Shown here: positions 17,704 through 26,161 of the stretch, piece after piece
Numbering within the stretch: the stretch's first letter is position 1
How the letters are laid out: every line of letters starts with the position of its first letter
The notes under the pieces: model-generated
The model's input: the letters and a program-made list of their open reading frames with translations, nothing else
Told to the model about the DNA's origin: nothing
The model's database searches: none
NCBI GenBank assembly: GCA_964535015.1
Contig: CAZHRU010000003.1
Location: 3,940-67,939 of the forward strand
Reading direction: 5' to 3'
Length of the DNA stretch: 64,000 nucleotides
DNA from: an uncultured Verrucomicrobiota bacterium
Lineage (GTDB): Bacteria; Verrucomicrobiota; Kiritimatiellia; CAIKKV01; CAITUY01
Position numbers and translations under genes: made by a program

Positions 17704-19370
17704 GTGGGTTTCTCCTGTCGTACGGGTTGAAAGGGAGTGATGCCGATCAAGGTGCTTTCGATCAGTTCGTGCAATTCCCTCATGTTCCAGGGTTTGCGGA
17801 GGGAAGGGATGGAAAACCGGTTCAAGAGGTCCTTGGTGTTTTCATCCACTGAAGCCCCGGTGACGGCCACGATGGGGACAAGGCGGGTGGCGGGGGCCTC
17901 CTTGAGTTGGAGGATGACATCGGAGCCGTTCATGTCCTCGAGATGGATATCCATGAGGATCATGCTGGGCGGGGCATTCAGGGCGCGTCGGAGGATGGCC
18001 TCGCCGTCGGTGAGGGAATCCACCCGGTAGCCGCGGGCGATCAACTGGGCGGCCAGCAGGGCTTGGATGGAGAGGTTGCTGGTGGCGATGAGCAGGGAGG
18101 GAGTGGGGGCGACCGGCAGGGAGATGGTGACGCAGGTGCCGTTTGGGGCGTTTGGCGGGGGGCTGGCGATGTCGAGACTGCCGCCGTGGAGGTGCATGAT
18201 CTCCTTGGAGATTGCCAGGCCCAGGCCGGTGCCGGAGATATGGGTCCCCACGCGGAAGTAACGCTCGGTTACACGTTGGAGGGCGGCGGGTGGAATGCCG
18301 ATGCCGTTATCGGCAACGGAAATGGCCGCCAAGCCCGGCGGGTCACTTGCGGGGAAGATGCTGATGGTGATGCGTCCACCGGCGGGGGTGAACTTGATGG
18401 CGTTAGACAGGATGTTCTGCAGGACGCGTTGAACCATGCCGGGGTCGCAGAGGACAAAGTCCAGACCGCGAGTGGCACCGACATTCAGGGTGAGGCGGGC
18501 CGCTTCGATTTGGACGCGCAGGGAATCAGTGGTGCGGGAGATCAGGTAACGGAGGGGCGTGGCGACGGGGTTGATGGTCAGGGCATGGTTATCCAGGCGG
18601 CTGACATCGAGGATGCGGTCAATGGTGCTCACGAGGCGTTCGCACTCTGAGTCGAACATTTTCAGGTAGCGGTTGGCCTGGTCGGGCAGGGGCCCCGCGA
18701 TGCCCTTGAGCAGGTTACGGGTGCCGTACATGATGGACGTCAACGGGGTCTTGAGTTCGTGGGAGACATTGGCGACGAACTCCGATTTTTCCTTGTTGTG
18801 GCGTTCGAGTTTGACGATGGCTTCGCGCAGTTGCTGTTCCGTCCCGATACGGCGCGTGATTTCAGTCTGGAGGGCATCCACGGCCCTGGAGAGTTCGGCG
18901 GCGCGTTGCTGGACCCGTTCCTCAAGTTCGTCGCGGGAGGTGCGGAGTTCGACTTCGATGCGTTTGAGTTCAGCCTGGGCAAAGTGACGTTCGAGGGCGT
19001 GCCGGATGACGCGTTCCAGCATTTCGGGTTCGAAGTGGCCCTTGATGAGGTAGTCGGCGGCGCCGCCATGGATGGCAAGGGTTTCGACGGTGCTGTCCTC
19101 CATGCCGGTCAGGACGACGAAGGGAGCATGGAAGCCTTTGGTTGCGGCGGCGCGCATCAATTCGAGGGCGTCATGACCGATGTCGAGTTTCAGGTCGGTG
19201 AGGCAGAGGTCATAGGTAGTGTTGGTGAGGCGGTCGAGAGCGTCGTCATAGGAGTAGGCGAGATCAGCGACGAAGCGGGAGGACTTGCTGCGGGCCAGCA
19301 TGGCGCTCGTCAGCAGGGCATCCTCCCTGTTGTCATCCACCAGCAGTACTTTAATGGTATCCAGTCTCAT
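17700..19370 (-). CDS. Hybrid sensor histidine kinase: REC - coiled coil - HisKA - HATPase_c - REC.
   Basis: N-terminal REC domain VLLVDDNREDALL. H-box VANVSHELKTPLTSIMYGTRNL. ATPase SVADNGIGIPPAALQRVTERYFRV. C-terminal REC domain ...ILMDIHLEDMNGSDV. Confidence 0.85.
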   Translation of the reverse strand: MRLDTIKVLLVDDNREDALLTSAMLARSKSSRFVADLAYSYDDALDRLTNTTYDLCLTDLKLDIGHDALELMRAAATKGFHAPFVVLTGMEDSTVETLAIHGGAADYLIKGHFEPEMLERVIRHALERHFAQAELKRIEVELRTSRDELEERVQQRAAELSRAVDALQTEITRRIGTEQQLREAIVKLERHNKEKSEFVANVSHELKTPLTSIMYGTRNLLKGIAGPLPDQANRYLKMFDSECERLVSTIDRILDVSRLDNHALTINPVATPLRYLISRTTDSLRVQIEAARLTLNVGATRGLDFVLCDPGMVQRVLQNILSNAIKFTPAGGRITISIFPASDPPGLAAISVADNGIGIPPAALQRVTERYFRVGTHISGTGLGLAISKEIMHLHGGSLDIASPPPNAPNGTCVTISLPVAPTPSLLIATSNLSIQALLAAQLIARGYRVDSLTDGEAILRRALNAPPSMILMDIHLEDMNGSDVILQLKEAPATRLVPIVAVTGASVDENTKDLLNRFSIPSLRKPWNMRELHELIESTLIGITPFQPVRQEKPT

Positions 19371-19451
19371 GGTAGACGTTGGGGAACGACGTCTCGATCA
19401 CTGACTGGAGAGTAACCCGTTTCCAGGGCATCCGGTCAAGTGAAATACACG

Positions 19452-20597
19452 TCAGAAAAGCCAGGAGAGGTCATCGTCGCTGGACGGCGGCCTGGTTTTT
19501 CGGCGGGGTTTGGAGGGTTTACGCGGGGGTGGGGGATGGGTTGCCTGCCATTCCAGTTCGGCTAACAGGGCATCGATGGAATTCAACTCGGTGGCGAGAT
19601 CGTCCGCTTCGTCGGTAAGATCCGCGCGGATTCGCCGGATGAACGCGGGGTTCTTGATGCGGGTCTGGTAATCCCAGGCGGGGTTTGACTTGGCGCGCCG
19701 GATTTCCGAACGGGTGGATTGGAGGGATTGCTTCAGTTTGCGGATCAGAAGATGAATTGTGGAAACGGGGGTATGGGCGCCGAGGCCGGTTTCTTCGTTA
19801 TCACAACGGGCGAGGATGCTCTGGAGGGCCTGGGTATCATGTCGGGAATAGGCCGCCTGTGCCTCGTGCCAGAGGTTCTTACGGGCCTCGGACATGTGGC
19901 CGTGATGATCGGGATGGAGGCGGCGGACGATGGCCCGGTAGAGTTCCTTGATGGTCTTTGTCTCGGCGTGTGATCGATGCGGGGTTCGTGCGGGAGGGCG
20001 GGCACCGAAGAAACTCTCGAAAAAGTCGCTGAAGTCATCGTAGTCGTTATCCGGGATTGATTCGAAGTCCTCGTCATCCAAGCCGAAGATGTCATTCCTG
20101 TCGTCGGCATCCTCCTCTGGGTCGTGGGCGTCGGGGTTCTGTTTGCGGCGTTGTTCCTCCTCCTGGGCCAGGCGGAGGTCTTCTTCTTCGGCCTCCTTGG
20201 GGTGGGCGCGGCGCCACTTGGCCTTGAGGTAGGCCTCGGGTTCGGAGAGGTTGCGGTGGCGGACAAGGAAACCGATTTCGTTGACTAGGGCCTGTTTGTC
20301 GCGGATTTTTTCAACCAGTTCGCGGGAGTTGGTGAGGATCTGGCCGAAGGTTTGATGGAGCCATGAGCGGAAGCCGGGGATATCGCGCTCGTGGTGTTGC
20401 TTCAATTGGGATTTCAGTTGTTCCAGGGAGCGTTCGTGTTTCTGGTAGTCCTTGAGTGCTTTCTTGCGGATGGTATTGGTGTTGAGGGGGATGATGCTTC
20501 GGATGGGGTTGGCGGGAGGGCGGGGAGCCAGCGGGGGGCGGCCGCGGCGGGGGGTGTACGGGACGGACAAGGGGCGGTATTTTCGTGACGGCGGCAT
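19452..20597 (-). CDS. Hypothetical protein with an internal J-domain-like segment (HPD motif) and a highly acidic stretch.
   Basis: J-like segment KELYRAIVRRLHPDHHGHMSEARKNLWHEAQAAYSRHD. Acidic segment EEDADDRNDIFGLDDEDFESIPDNDYDDFSDFFESFF. Start uncertain. Confidence 0.45.
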   Translation of the reverse strand: MPPSRKYRPLSVPYTPRRGRPPLAPRPPANPIRSIIPLNTNTIRKKALKDYQKHERSLEQLKSQLKQHHERDIPGFRSWLHQTFGQILTNSRELVEKIRDKQALVNEIGFLVRHRNLSEPEAYLKAKWRRAHPKEAEEEDLRLAQEEEQRRKQNPDAHDPEEDADDRNDIFGLDDEDFESIPDNDYDDFSDFFESFFGARPPARTPHRSHAETKTIKELYRAIVRRLHPDHHGHMSEARKNLWHEAQAAYSRHDTQALQSILARCDNEETGLGAHTPVSTIHLLIRKLKQSLQSTRSEIRRAKSNPAWDYQTRIKNPAFIRRIRADLTDEADDLATELNSIDALLAELEWQATHPPPPRKPSKPRRKTRPPSSDDDLSWLF

Positions 20598-20639
20598 GAC
20601 GTGTGGCTTAAGAGAAAGTGCGATGGTGAGGGGTGATGT

Positions 20640-21377
20640 TTACGGGGCGGAGTCGATGGCGTAGTCGAGGGTCACGACGGCCTTGGCGGTCTTCTCAATG
20701 GAGGAGGTGTCGTACTCGCCATATCCGGAAGTGTCGGTGGAGTGCCGTTCGGTGATCTGAAAGACGCCCTGTTGCGCGGAGATCAGGGAGCCCACTTTGC
20801 CTTTGCTGCCTTTGGCGAGGGCCAGGGCACGACGGTAACCGTCATCGGTCGCCTGGGCGAGTAACCGGAGTTTCGTATCCTTCAGATCGGTGACCATGAA
20901 CATGGGGGCGGAGGCCCTGATATCCACATCGTCCCGGATCAGGTCCGTGATGCGGGTGGCGGTGTCACGGATGAGGACGACATTGGTGGAGGTGACGGTA
21001 ATGTCCTGGGTTACATCGTAATATTCGGTCTCGTTGGTTTCTTTGCCTTGGAGATCGCGTTTGGCGACTTTGGAGTTGTTGATGGTGTGAAGTACCGTTT
21101 CACTGTCGCGCAGACCCATTTGTTTTATGAGGGCGAGGGTGGCGTTGCGGCTGGACTGCAGTTTGTCGTAGGCGTCTTTCATGCTGTTCCCGCGCGCGGA
21201 ACAGGTGCAGGAGAATTTGCCGACATCGGAGGTGATATCGGCCTCGGCGTAACCTTTCACGGTGATGGCCTGTTCATGGCGGATGCGGAGGAAGAACTTG
21301 GAGAGCATCGAGGCCGACAGGATCATGCCTGCCGCCAGGATGAGGGCGGCGAGGGAGAGTTTCATCAGGTTATTCAT
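20640..21377 (-). CDS. SIMPL-domain (DUF541; YggE / 26 kDa periplasmic immunogenic protein family) protein.
   Basis: Signal peptide MNNLMKLSLAALILAAG. Real start at 21377; the track ORF is 5'-extended. Family-like segments ...ITVKGYAE...VTQDITVTS.... Confidence 0.65.
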   Translation of the reverse strand: MNNLMKLSLAALILAAGMILSASMLSKFFLRIRHEQAITVKGYAEADITSDVGKFSCTCSARGNSMKDAYDKLQSSRNATLALIKQMGLRDSETVLHTINNSKVAKRDLQGKETNETEYYDVTQDITVTSTNVVLIRDTATRITDLIRDDVDIRASAPMFMVTDLKDTKLRLLAQATDDGYRRALALAKGSKGKVGSLISAQQGVFQITERHSTDTSGYGEYDTSSIEKTAKAVVTLDYAIDSAP

Positions 21378-23247
21378 GGGGGGCCTTTGGGTTTGAGGTG
21401 TTTGTGTTATGGAGGCGAAGGATGGTTTCGACCACTTTGGCGGGGGAGAGGATATCGGTGTCGATCTGGTGGGGTATGGATCCGTACAGGGATTTTCGTT
21501 TTTCGAGCAACTCCCGGATACGCTGGAGGCGGTCCTGCTCCTCAAGGAGGGGGCGGTGGTTTGCCTTGGCGGTGCGCTTGAAGATGGTATCGGGCGAGGC
21601 AGTCAGGCAGACCATCAGGCCGGTGCGCTGGTAATCGCGGATGTTGTCGGGGTTAAGGACGACCCCGCCGCCACAACCGATCACCAGTCCCTGGCGGGCG
21701 GATAATTCCTTGGTGAGTTCGCGTTCCATGTTGCGGAAATGGGGTTCGCCCTCCTCGGCAAAGATACGGGTGATGGATTTGCCGGCTCGCGCCTCGATCA
21801 TGTGGTCCATGTCGATGAACTCCATGTTGAGTCGGTTGGCCAGTTGTTTGCCGACGGTGGTTTTTCCGGTTCCCATAAAGCCCATGAGGACGATGTTCTT
21901 TTGGGAAGGATTGATGGTTGATGGTTGATGGTTGATGGAAGAGGAGAAGACCTGGATGCCGTCGCGGAAGGTCATGACGGCGCGTCCCTGGAGGGACCAG
22001 CCTTCGAACGGGGTGTTGCGGGATTTCGAGGCAAAGGAGTCGGCATGGACAGTCCATTCGGTGTTCAGGTCGAGGAGGACCAGGTTGGCGGGTTGGCCCA
22101 GGGCGAGGCTGGGGGGTGGCAGGCCCAGGATGGCGGCGGGGCCGGTGGTCCAGCGGGCCACCCAGTCCGTCAGGGAAAGGAGTCCTTTGCGGACGAGGAG
22201 GGAGAAGGTGACGCCGACGGCGGTTTCGAGGCCGATGACGCCGAAGGGGGCCCCGGTGAAACCGCGGGCCTTGGAAGCGGCGGTGTGGGGCGCGTGATCG
22301 GTGGCGAAGCAGGCGATGGTGCCATCAACGAGGCCATGTATGAGTTCCTCGCGATCGGCGAAGGATCGCAGGGGTGGATTCATCTTGAAGGCATCCGCAC
22401 AGTCGGGGCGGACGTCGTCATCGGTCAGGGCGAGATGATGGGGGGTCAGTTCGGCAGAGACGTGGAGTCCGCGTTGTTGGGCGTTGCGGATCAGTCTGAC
22501 GGATTCACCGGCGGAGAGGTGTTGGATATGGATGGCGCCGCCGGTGGTTTCGGCCAGGCGGATATCGCGGGCGACGATGGCGGTCTCGGCTTCGGAGGGA
22601 ATGCCGGGCAGGTTGAGGGTTTGGGATCGGAGTCCATCATGCATGACGCCGTTGCCGGCGAGGCGCGGGTCGAGGGCGTGATCCATGAGCGGGTGACCGG
22701 TGGCGGCAGAGCGCCGCATGGCTTCCTCCATGAGGGAGGTATTGGTGACGGTGCAACCGTCGTCGGTAAAGGCCACGGCGCCGGCCCGGGCAAGCGCCTC
22801 GATATCGGTGAGGGCGTGGCCGGCGCGGTTGCGGGTGATGCAGGGGGCGGGCAGGACACGGGCGAGGTTGGCGGCGGCGGCGCGGGTGGCGAGGGTGGCG
22901 ATCTCGGCCGGGCAATCCATGGCGGGATTGGTGTTTGGCATGGCGACGATGGTGGTGAAGCCGCCTTGGACAGCGGCCCGGCAGGCGGTTTCGACGGATT
23001 CCGCCGCTTCGTTGCCGGGCTGGCGCAAATGGACATGCAGGTCAATCAGGCCCGGCACGGCCACAAGGTTGGTGCCGTCAATGACGGTACAGTCCGGGGG
23101 AAGGGAGGAATGGTTGATGGTTAATGGTTGATGGAGAATGGGGAGAGGGGCAAAGACGCCGTTTTGGATGAAGAGGTCGCCGATGAAATCCCGGTTTGAG
23201 ACGGGGTCCACGATGCGGGCGTTCTTGATATACCATGAAGGGTTCAT
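21370..23247 (-). CDS. pyrC: Dihydroorotase (class I amidohydrolase, PyrC-like) fused in-frame to a C-terminal shikimate kinase (AroK) domain. Alternatively, two genes whose separation was erased by a repeat insertion.
   Basis: DHOase motifs VPGLIDLHVHLRQPG and ATDHAPH. After ...AVMTFRDGIQVF the linker SSSINHQPSTINPSQK is encoded by (TTGATGG)4. AroK P-loop NIVLMGFMGTGKTTVG with no intervening stop. Real start MNPSWYIKNARIVDP at 23247. Confidence 0.7.
   Translation of the reverse strand: MNPSWYIKNARIVDPVSNRDFIGDLFIQNGVFAPLPILHQPLTINHSSLPPDCTVIDGTNLVAVPGLIDLHVHLRQPGNEAAESVETACRAAVQGGFTTIVAMPNTNPAMDCPAEIATLATRAAAANLARVLPAPCITRNRAGHALTDIEALARAGAVAFTDDGCTVTNTSLMEEAMRRSAATGHPLMDHALDPRLAGNGVMHDGLRSQTLNLPGIPSEAETAIVARDIRLAETTGGAIHIQHLSAGESVRLIRNAQQRGLHVSAELTPHHLALTDDDVRPDCADAFKMNPPLRSFADREELIHGLVDGTIACFATDHAPHTAASKARGFTGAPFGVIGLETAVGVTFSLLVRKGLLSLTDWVARWTTGPAAILGLPPPSLALGQPANLVLLDLNTEWTVHADSFASKSRNTPFEGWSLQGRAVMTFRDGIQVFSSSINHQPSTINPSQKNIVLMGFMGTGKTTVGKQLANRLNMEFIDMDHMIEARAGKSITRIFAEEGEPHFRNMERELTKELSARQGLVIGCGGGVVLNPDNIRDYQRTGLMVCLTASPDTIFKRTAKANHRPLLEEQDRLQRIRELLEKRKSLYGSIPHQIDTDILSPAKVVETILRLHNTNTSNPKAPHE
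21911..21938. repeat. Tandem heptanucleotide repeat (TTGATGG)x4, located in-frame at the PyrC/AroK junction.
   Basis: Direct reading: ttgatggttgatggttgatggttgatgg. Confidence 0.9.
23109..23141. repeat. Degenerate heptamer tract (aatgg ttgatgg ttaatgg ttgatgg agaatgg) inserted in-frame in the N-terminal loop of PyrC.
   Basis: Encodes the extra PILHQPLTINHSS segment between conserved DHOase beta-strands. Same family as the 21911 and 26127 tracts. Confidence 0.85.
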
Positions 23248-23352
23248 ATGTCGGACTTGATGTATACACCAGCGGCGGCTTGACAGAAAAGCGATAAATG
23301 GTAGTTTGAACCCCTTTTCAGTGGGATTGCAGAGGTTAGTGAGGGACAAACG

Positions 23353-23487
23353 ATGAAGATGACGTATCAGCCGAAGAAGAAGAAGCGCCAGCGCAAGTGT
23401 GGTTTCAGGAAACGTATGAAGACGGTTGGAGGCCGCAGGGTGATTGCCAGTCGCCGTCAAAAGGGTCGGAAAAAGCTTTCCGAGTAA
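23353..23487 (+). CDS. rpmH: 50S ribosomal protein L34.
   Basis: Not in the ORF track (44 aa). Translation [44 protein letters not shown] matches the L34 consensus, and rnpA lies downstream. Confidence 0.9.
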   Translation: MKMTYQPKKKKRQRKCGFRKRMKTVGGRRVIASRRQKGRKKLSE

Positions 23488-23658
23488 CAGCGCCTGTTCG
23501 GCCCGAAGGGGCAGGGAACGACGATGAACGCCGTTACCCGCAGGCGTGTGGAGGCAACTCCACGCTGGCGGGTGGCGCTTTGCCCGGGTGGGCAGAGCCG
23601 GCGTTCATTTTGTGTTTCAGGAGGCGGTTCGCGGGAATGGCGGGCATGGAAGAATGCG

Positions 23659-24048
23659 ATGACGACAGACCGGACAGCCGAATCAGGGAAGGTGAAGCGG
23701 CCGGACGTCGGGTTGTGCCGGGCCCAGCGGTTGACCCGGCCTGAGGATTTTACGGCCATCTATGAGCAGGGCCGGTCCATGGCGGGGCGGTGCATGGTGT
23801 TGTGGGTGGGGAAAGGGCCGGGCACGTCGCTGCGTCTGGGCGTGGTGGCCAGTCGTGTGATTGGCGACGCGGTGCGCCGGAACCGGGCGAAGCGGCGGTT
23901 GCGGGAAGTCTGGCGACTGAACCGGCACCGGTGGACGGCGGATGTGGATGTTATTCTGGTGGCCCGGCGGACGATTATTTTGGCGAGCTGGGAGGACGTG
24001 GTGGCTGACCTTCTGAAACTGGCGCGAAAGGCGGGACTGGGGGCATGA
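23659..24048 (+). CDS. rnpA: Ribonuclease P protein component.
   Basis: Family segment RLTRPEDFTAIYEQGRSMAGRCMVLWV...RRNRAKRRLRE. Start ambiguous: track 23524, probable 23659. Sits in the rpmH-rnpA-yidD-yidC order. Confidence 0.8.
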   Translation: MTTDRTAESGKVKRPDVGLCRAQRLTRPEDFTAIYEQGRSMAGRCMVLWVGKGPGTSLRLGVVASRVIGDAVRRNRAKRRLREVWRLNRHRWTADVDVILVARRTIILASWEDVVADLLKLARKAGLGA

Positions 24049-24293
24049 TCCGCAAGGCGTTCATTCTGCTGATCAAAGGGTATCAGCGCAGTCTGGCGTT
24101 GATCCTTGGCGGGCAGTGCCGGTTTTATCCGACCTGTTCGGCGTATGGAATTGAGGCGATTGAGACGCATGGGGTCCTGCGGGGAATCCTGTTGGGGGCC
24201 CGGCGTGTGGTGCGGTGTCATCCCTTTCATCCGGGAGGCGTGGATCCGGTTCCGCCGCGGGTGGAGCGGGGTGGTGTCGTGCGAGAACGATAA
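24045..24293 (+). CDS. yidD: Membrane protein insertion efficiency factor YidD.
   Basis: Family segment LIKGYQRSLALILGGQCRFYPTCSAYGIEAIETHG. 4-nt overlap with rnpA. Confidence 0.85.
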   Translation: MIRKAFILLIKGYQRSLALILGGQCRFYPTCSAYGIEAIETHGVLRGILLGARRVVRCHPFHPGGVDPVPPRVERGGVVRER

Positions 24294-24328
24294 GACGGGC
24301 TGGGAAACAGCCCTTTGGAGTACAGGCG

Positions 24329-26137
24329 ATGAGCAAGCAGAAATTACCGATCAAAGACATCCTGATAATCGCGGCGCTGTTTGGCGCCATGTTGGCCTGG
24401 GGGCCTGTGTACCAGAAGTTCCTGGCACCGCCGCCCGTGGCGGTGACGCCCGGCGTTGTCACGGAGGCCACCACTAATGCGGTGCCGCCGCCAGTCGAGG
24501 TAGTGGCGCCAGTCGTCGTCAAGGCGCAACCGGCGGTGGTGGATGCGCCGGTGTTGCAGGCGGCCACCACTGCGCGGAGGCCCGAGGAAACCTTCGTCAT
24601 CAGCAACCAGTTTATTCATGCGACCCTGACGTCGCGCGGGGGCGGCGTGGTGTCCGTTGAGTTGCCGTCTTTTTCGGTGACCAAGAAGGATCTGCGTCCG
24701 GTGGTGTTGGATTTCAAACGGTTCCCGGCACTGGCGTACGAAGGCTGGGAAGGATTGGATGTCGGCGCTGATTATTCGATCACGGTGCTTTCCAACGGTG
24801 TGGCGGCCCGGTTGGAAGCGACGCGGGCGGACGGGGTCCGGTTGGAGCGCCATATTGCGCTGGGCGAACGTTACCTGCTGACGGTGCAGGATCGTCTGAT
24901 CAACACGGCTGGCGAGGTGCGGGCGGTACCGGCGGTGGCGATGACATTGGGCGACATGGAGATGCTCGAGGGTGAGGAGCGGATGACCGGGGTGGAGTTT
25001 CTGGGGATTGACTCCCTGCCGTCGGCGGGTGGCGGAGGGGTGCGGCACTGGATGAGCAAGCGGTGGTTTTCGGATGATCTGACGGTGGCGGACTATTTTC
25101 AGGAGGAACCGATTCGCGGTCACGGTTGCATTGGCCGGCCGAAGATGACCAAACCGCTGCCACACCGCGTCCGGGAGCGGATCAGCCAGAACATGGATTG
25201 GGTGGCGGCGAGGAACAAGTATTTCGTGCAGATCCTGGCGCCGCAAGGCGGGGCGGTGGGGTGTGATCTGATTGCCGACCGGGAGGTGGATCCCACGGAG
25301 GATCCCGCGCAGAGCCGGTCATGGGCCAGTGTGGCGGTGCCTTTGCGCGTGGCGGGTGCGGTGCGGTTCCCTGAACGGGTGCTGGCGCCGGGCGAGGCGG
25401 CGGTGCGTTCGCTGGAGTACTATGTCGGGCCGAAGGAGCTTTCCACCATCAGGCCGCTGGGTCGTCACATGAAGGAAGTGATGGACTTCGGAACGTTGAA
25501 GTGGGTTTGCGAGATTCTGGTTGTGGCGCTGACCTGGCTATACGCGGTGATTCCCAACTACGGGGTGGCGATCATCCTGTTGACCCTGATCGTGCGGGTG
25601 ATCTTCTGGCCCCTGACGCACAAGGGTACGGAGAGTATGAAGCGGATGCAGGAACTGCAGCCGAAGGTGAAGGCGTTGCAGGATCAATACCGCGACAAGC
25701 CGCAGAAGCTTCAGCAGGAGACCATGGCGTTATACCGGGAAAACAAGGTCAATCCGCTGGGCGGGTGTCTGCCGATGCTGATCCAGATTCCGGTGTTCTT
25801 TGCTTTGTTCAATGTGCTGCGCAGCGGGATTGAGTTGCGTTATGCGGGGTTCCTGTGGATTGGCGACTTGAGCGCCGCGGAGAACCTGTTGGCGGGGGTG
25901 TTGCCTTTCCCGATCAACATCCTGCCGCTCGTGATGGCGGCCACGCAGGCGTGGCAGCAGCATCTGACGCCTTCGGCGGGCGACCCGGCGCAACAGAAGA
26001 TGATGATGTTCATGCCGGTGATCATGTTGCTGTTCCTGTACTCCATGCCGTCAGGGCTGGTGTTGTACTGGACGGCCAACCAGGTGATGATGATCGTCCA
26101 GTTGTTATGGCAGCGGCGGATGAAGAAGAATGGTTAA
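24329..26137 (+). CDS. yidC: Membrane protein insertase YidC.
   Basis: N-terminal TM segment. Conserved C-terminal insertase core YGVAIILLTLIVRVIFWPLT...NPLGGCLPMLIQIPVFFALF. The stop TAA lies inside a heptamer tract. Confidence 0.9.
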   Translation: MSKQKLPIKDILIIAALFGAMLAWGPVYQKFLAPPPVAVTPGVVTEATTNAVPPPVEVVAPVVVKAQPAVVDAPVLQAATTARRPEETFVISNQFIHATLTSRGGGVVSVELPSFSVTKKDLRPVVLDFKRFPALAYEGWEGLDVGADYSITVLSNGVAARLEATRADGVRLERHIALGERYLLTVQDRLINTAGEVRAVPAVAMTLGDMEMLEGEERMTGVEFLGIDSLPSAGGGGVRHWMSKRWFSDDLTVADYFQEEPIRGHGCIGRPKMTKPLPHRVRERISQNMDWVAARNKYFVQILAPQGGAVGCDLIADREVDPTEDPAQSRSWASVAVPLRVAGAVRFPERVLAPGEAAVRSLEYYVGPKELSTIRPLGRHMKEVMDFGTLKWVCEILVVALTWLYAVIPNYGVAIILLTLIVRVIFWPLTHKGTESMKRMQELQPKVKALQDQYRDKPQKLQQETMALYRENKVNPLGGCLPMLIQIPVFFALFNVLRSGIELRYAGFLWIGDLSAAENLLAGVLPFPINILPLVMAATQAWQQHLTPSAGDPAQQKMMMFMPVIMLLFLYSMPSGLVLYWTANQVMMIVQLLWQRRMKKNG

Positions 26138-26154
26138 TGGTTCATGGTTGATGG
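26127..26154. repeat. Heptamer tract agaatgg ttaatgg ttcatgg ttgatgg between yidC and plsY.
   Basis: Same (W)T(N)ATGG heptamer family as the tracts in pyrC. Contains the yidC stop and the first in-frame ATG of the plsY ORF. Confidence 0.85.
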
Positions 26155-26161
26155 GGGAAAT

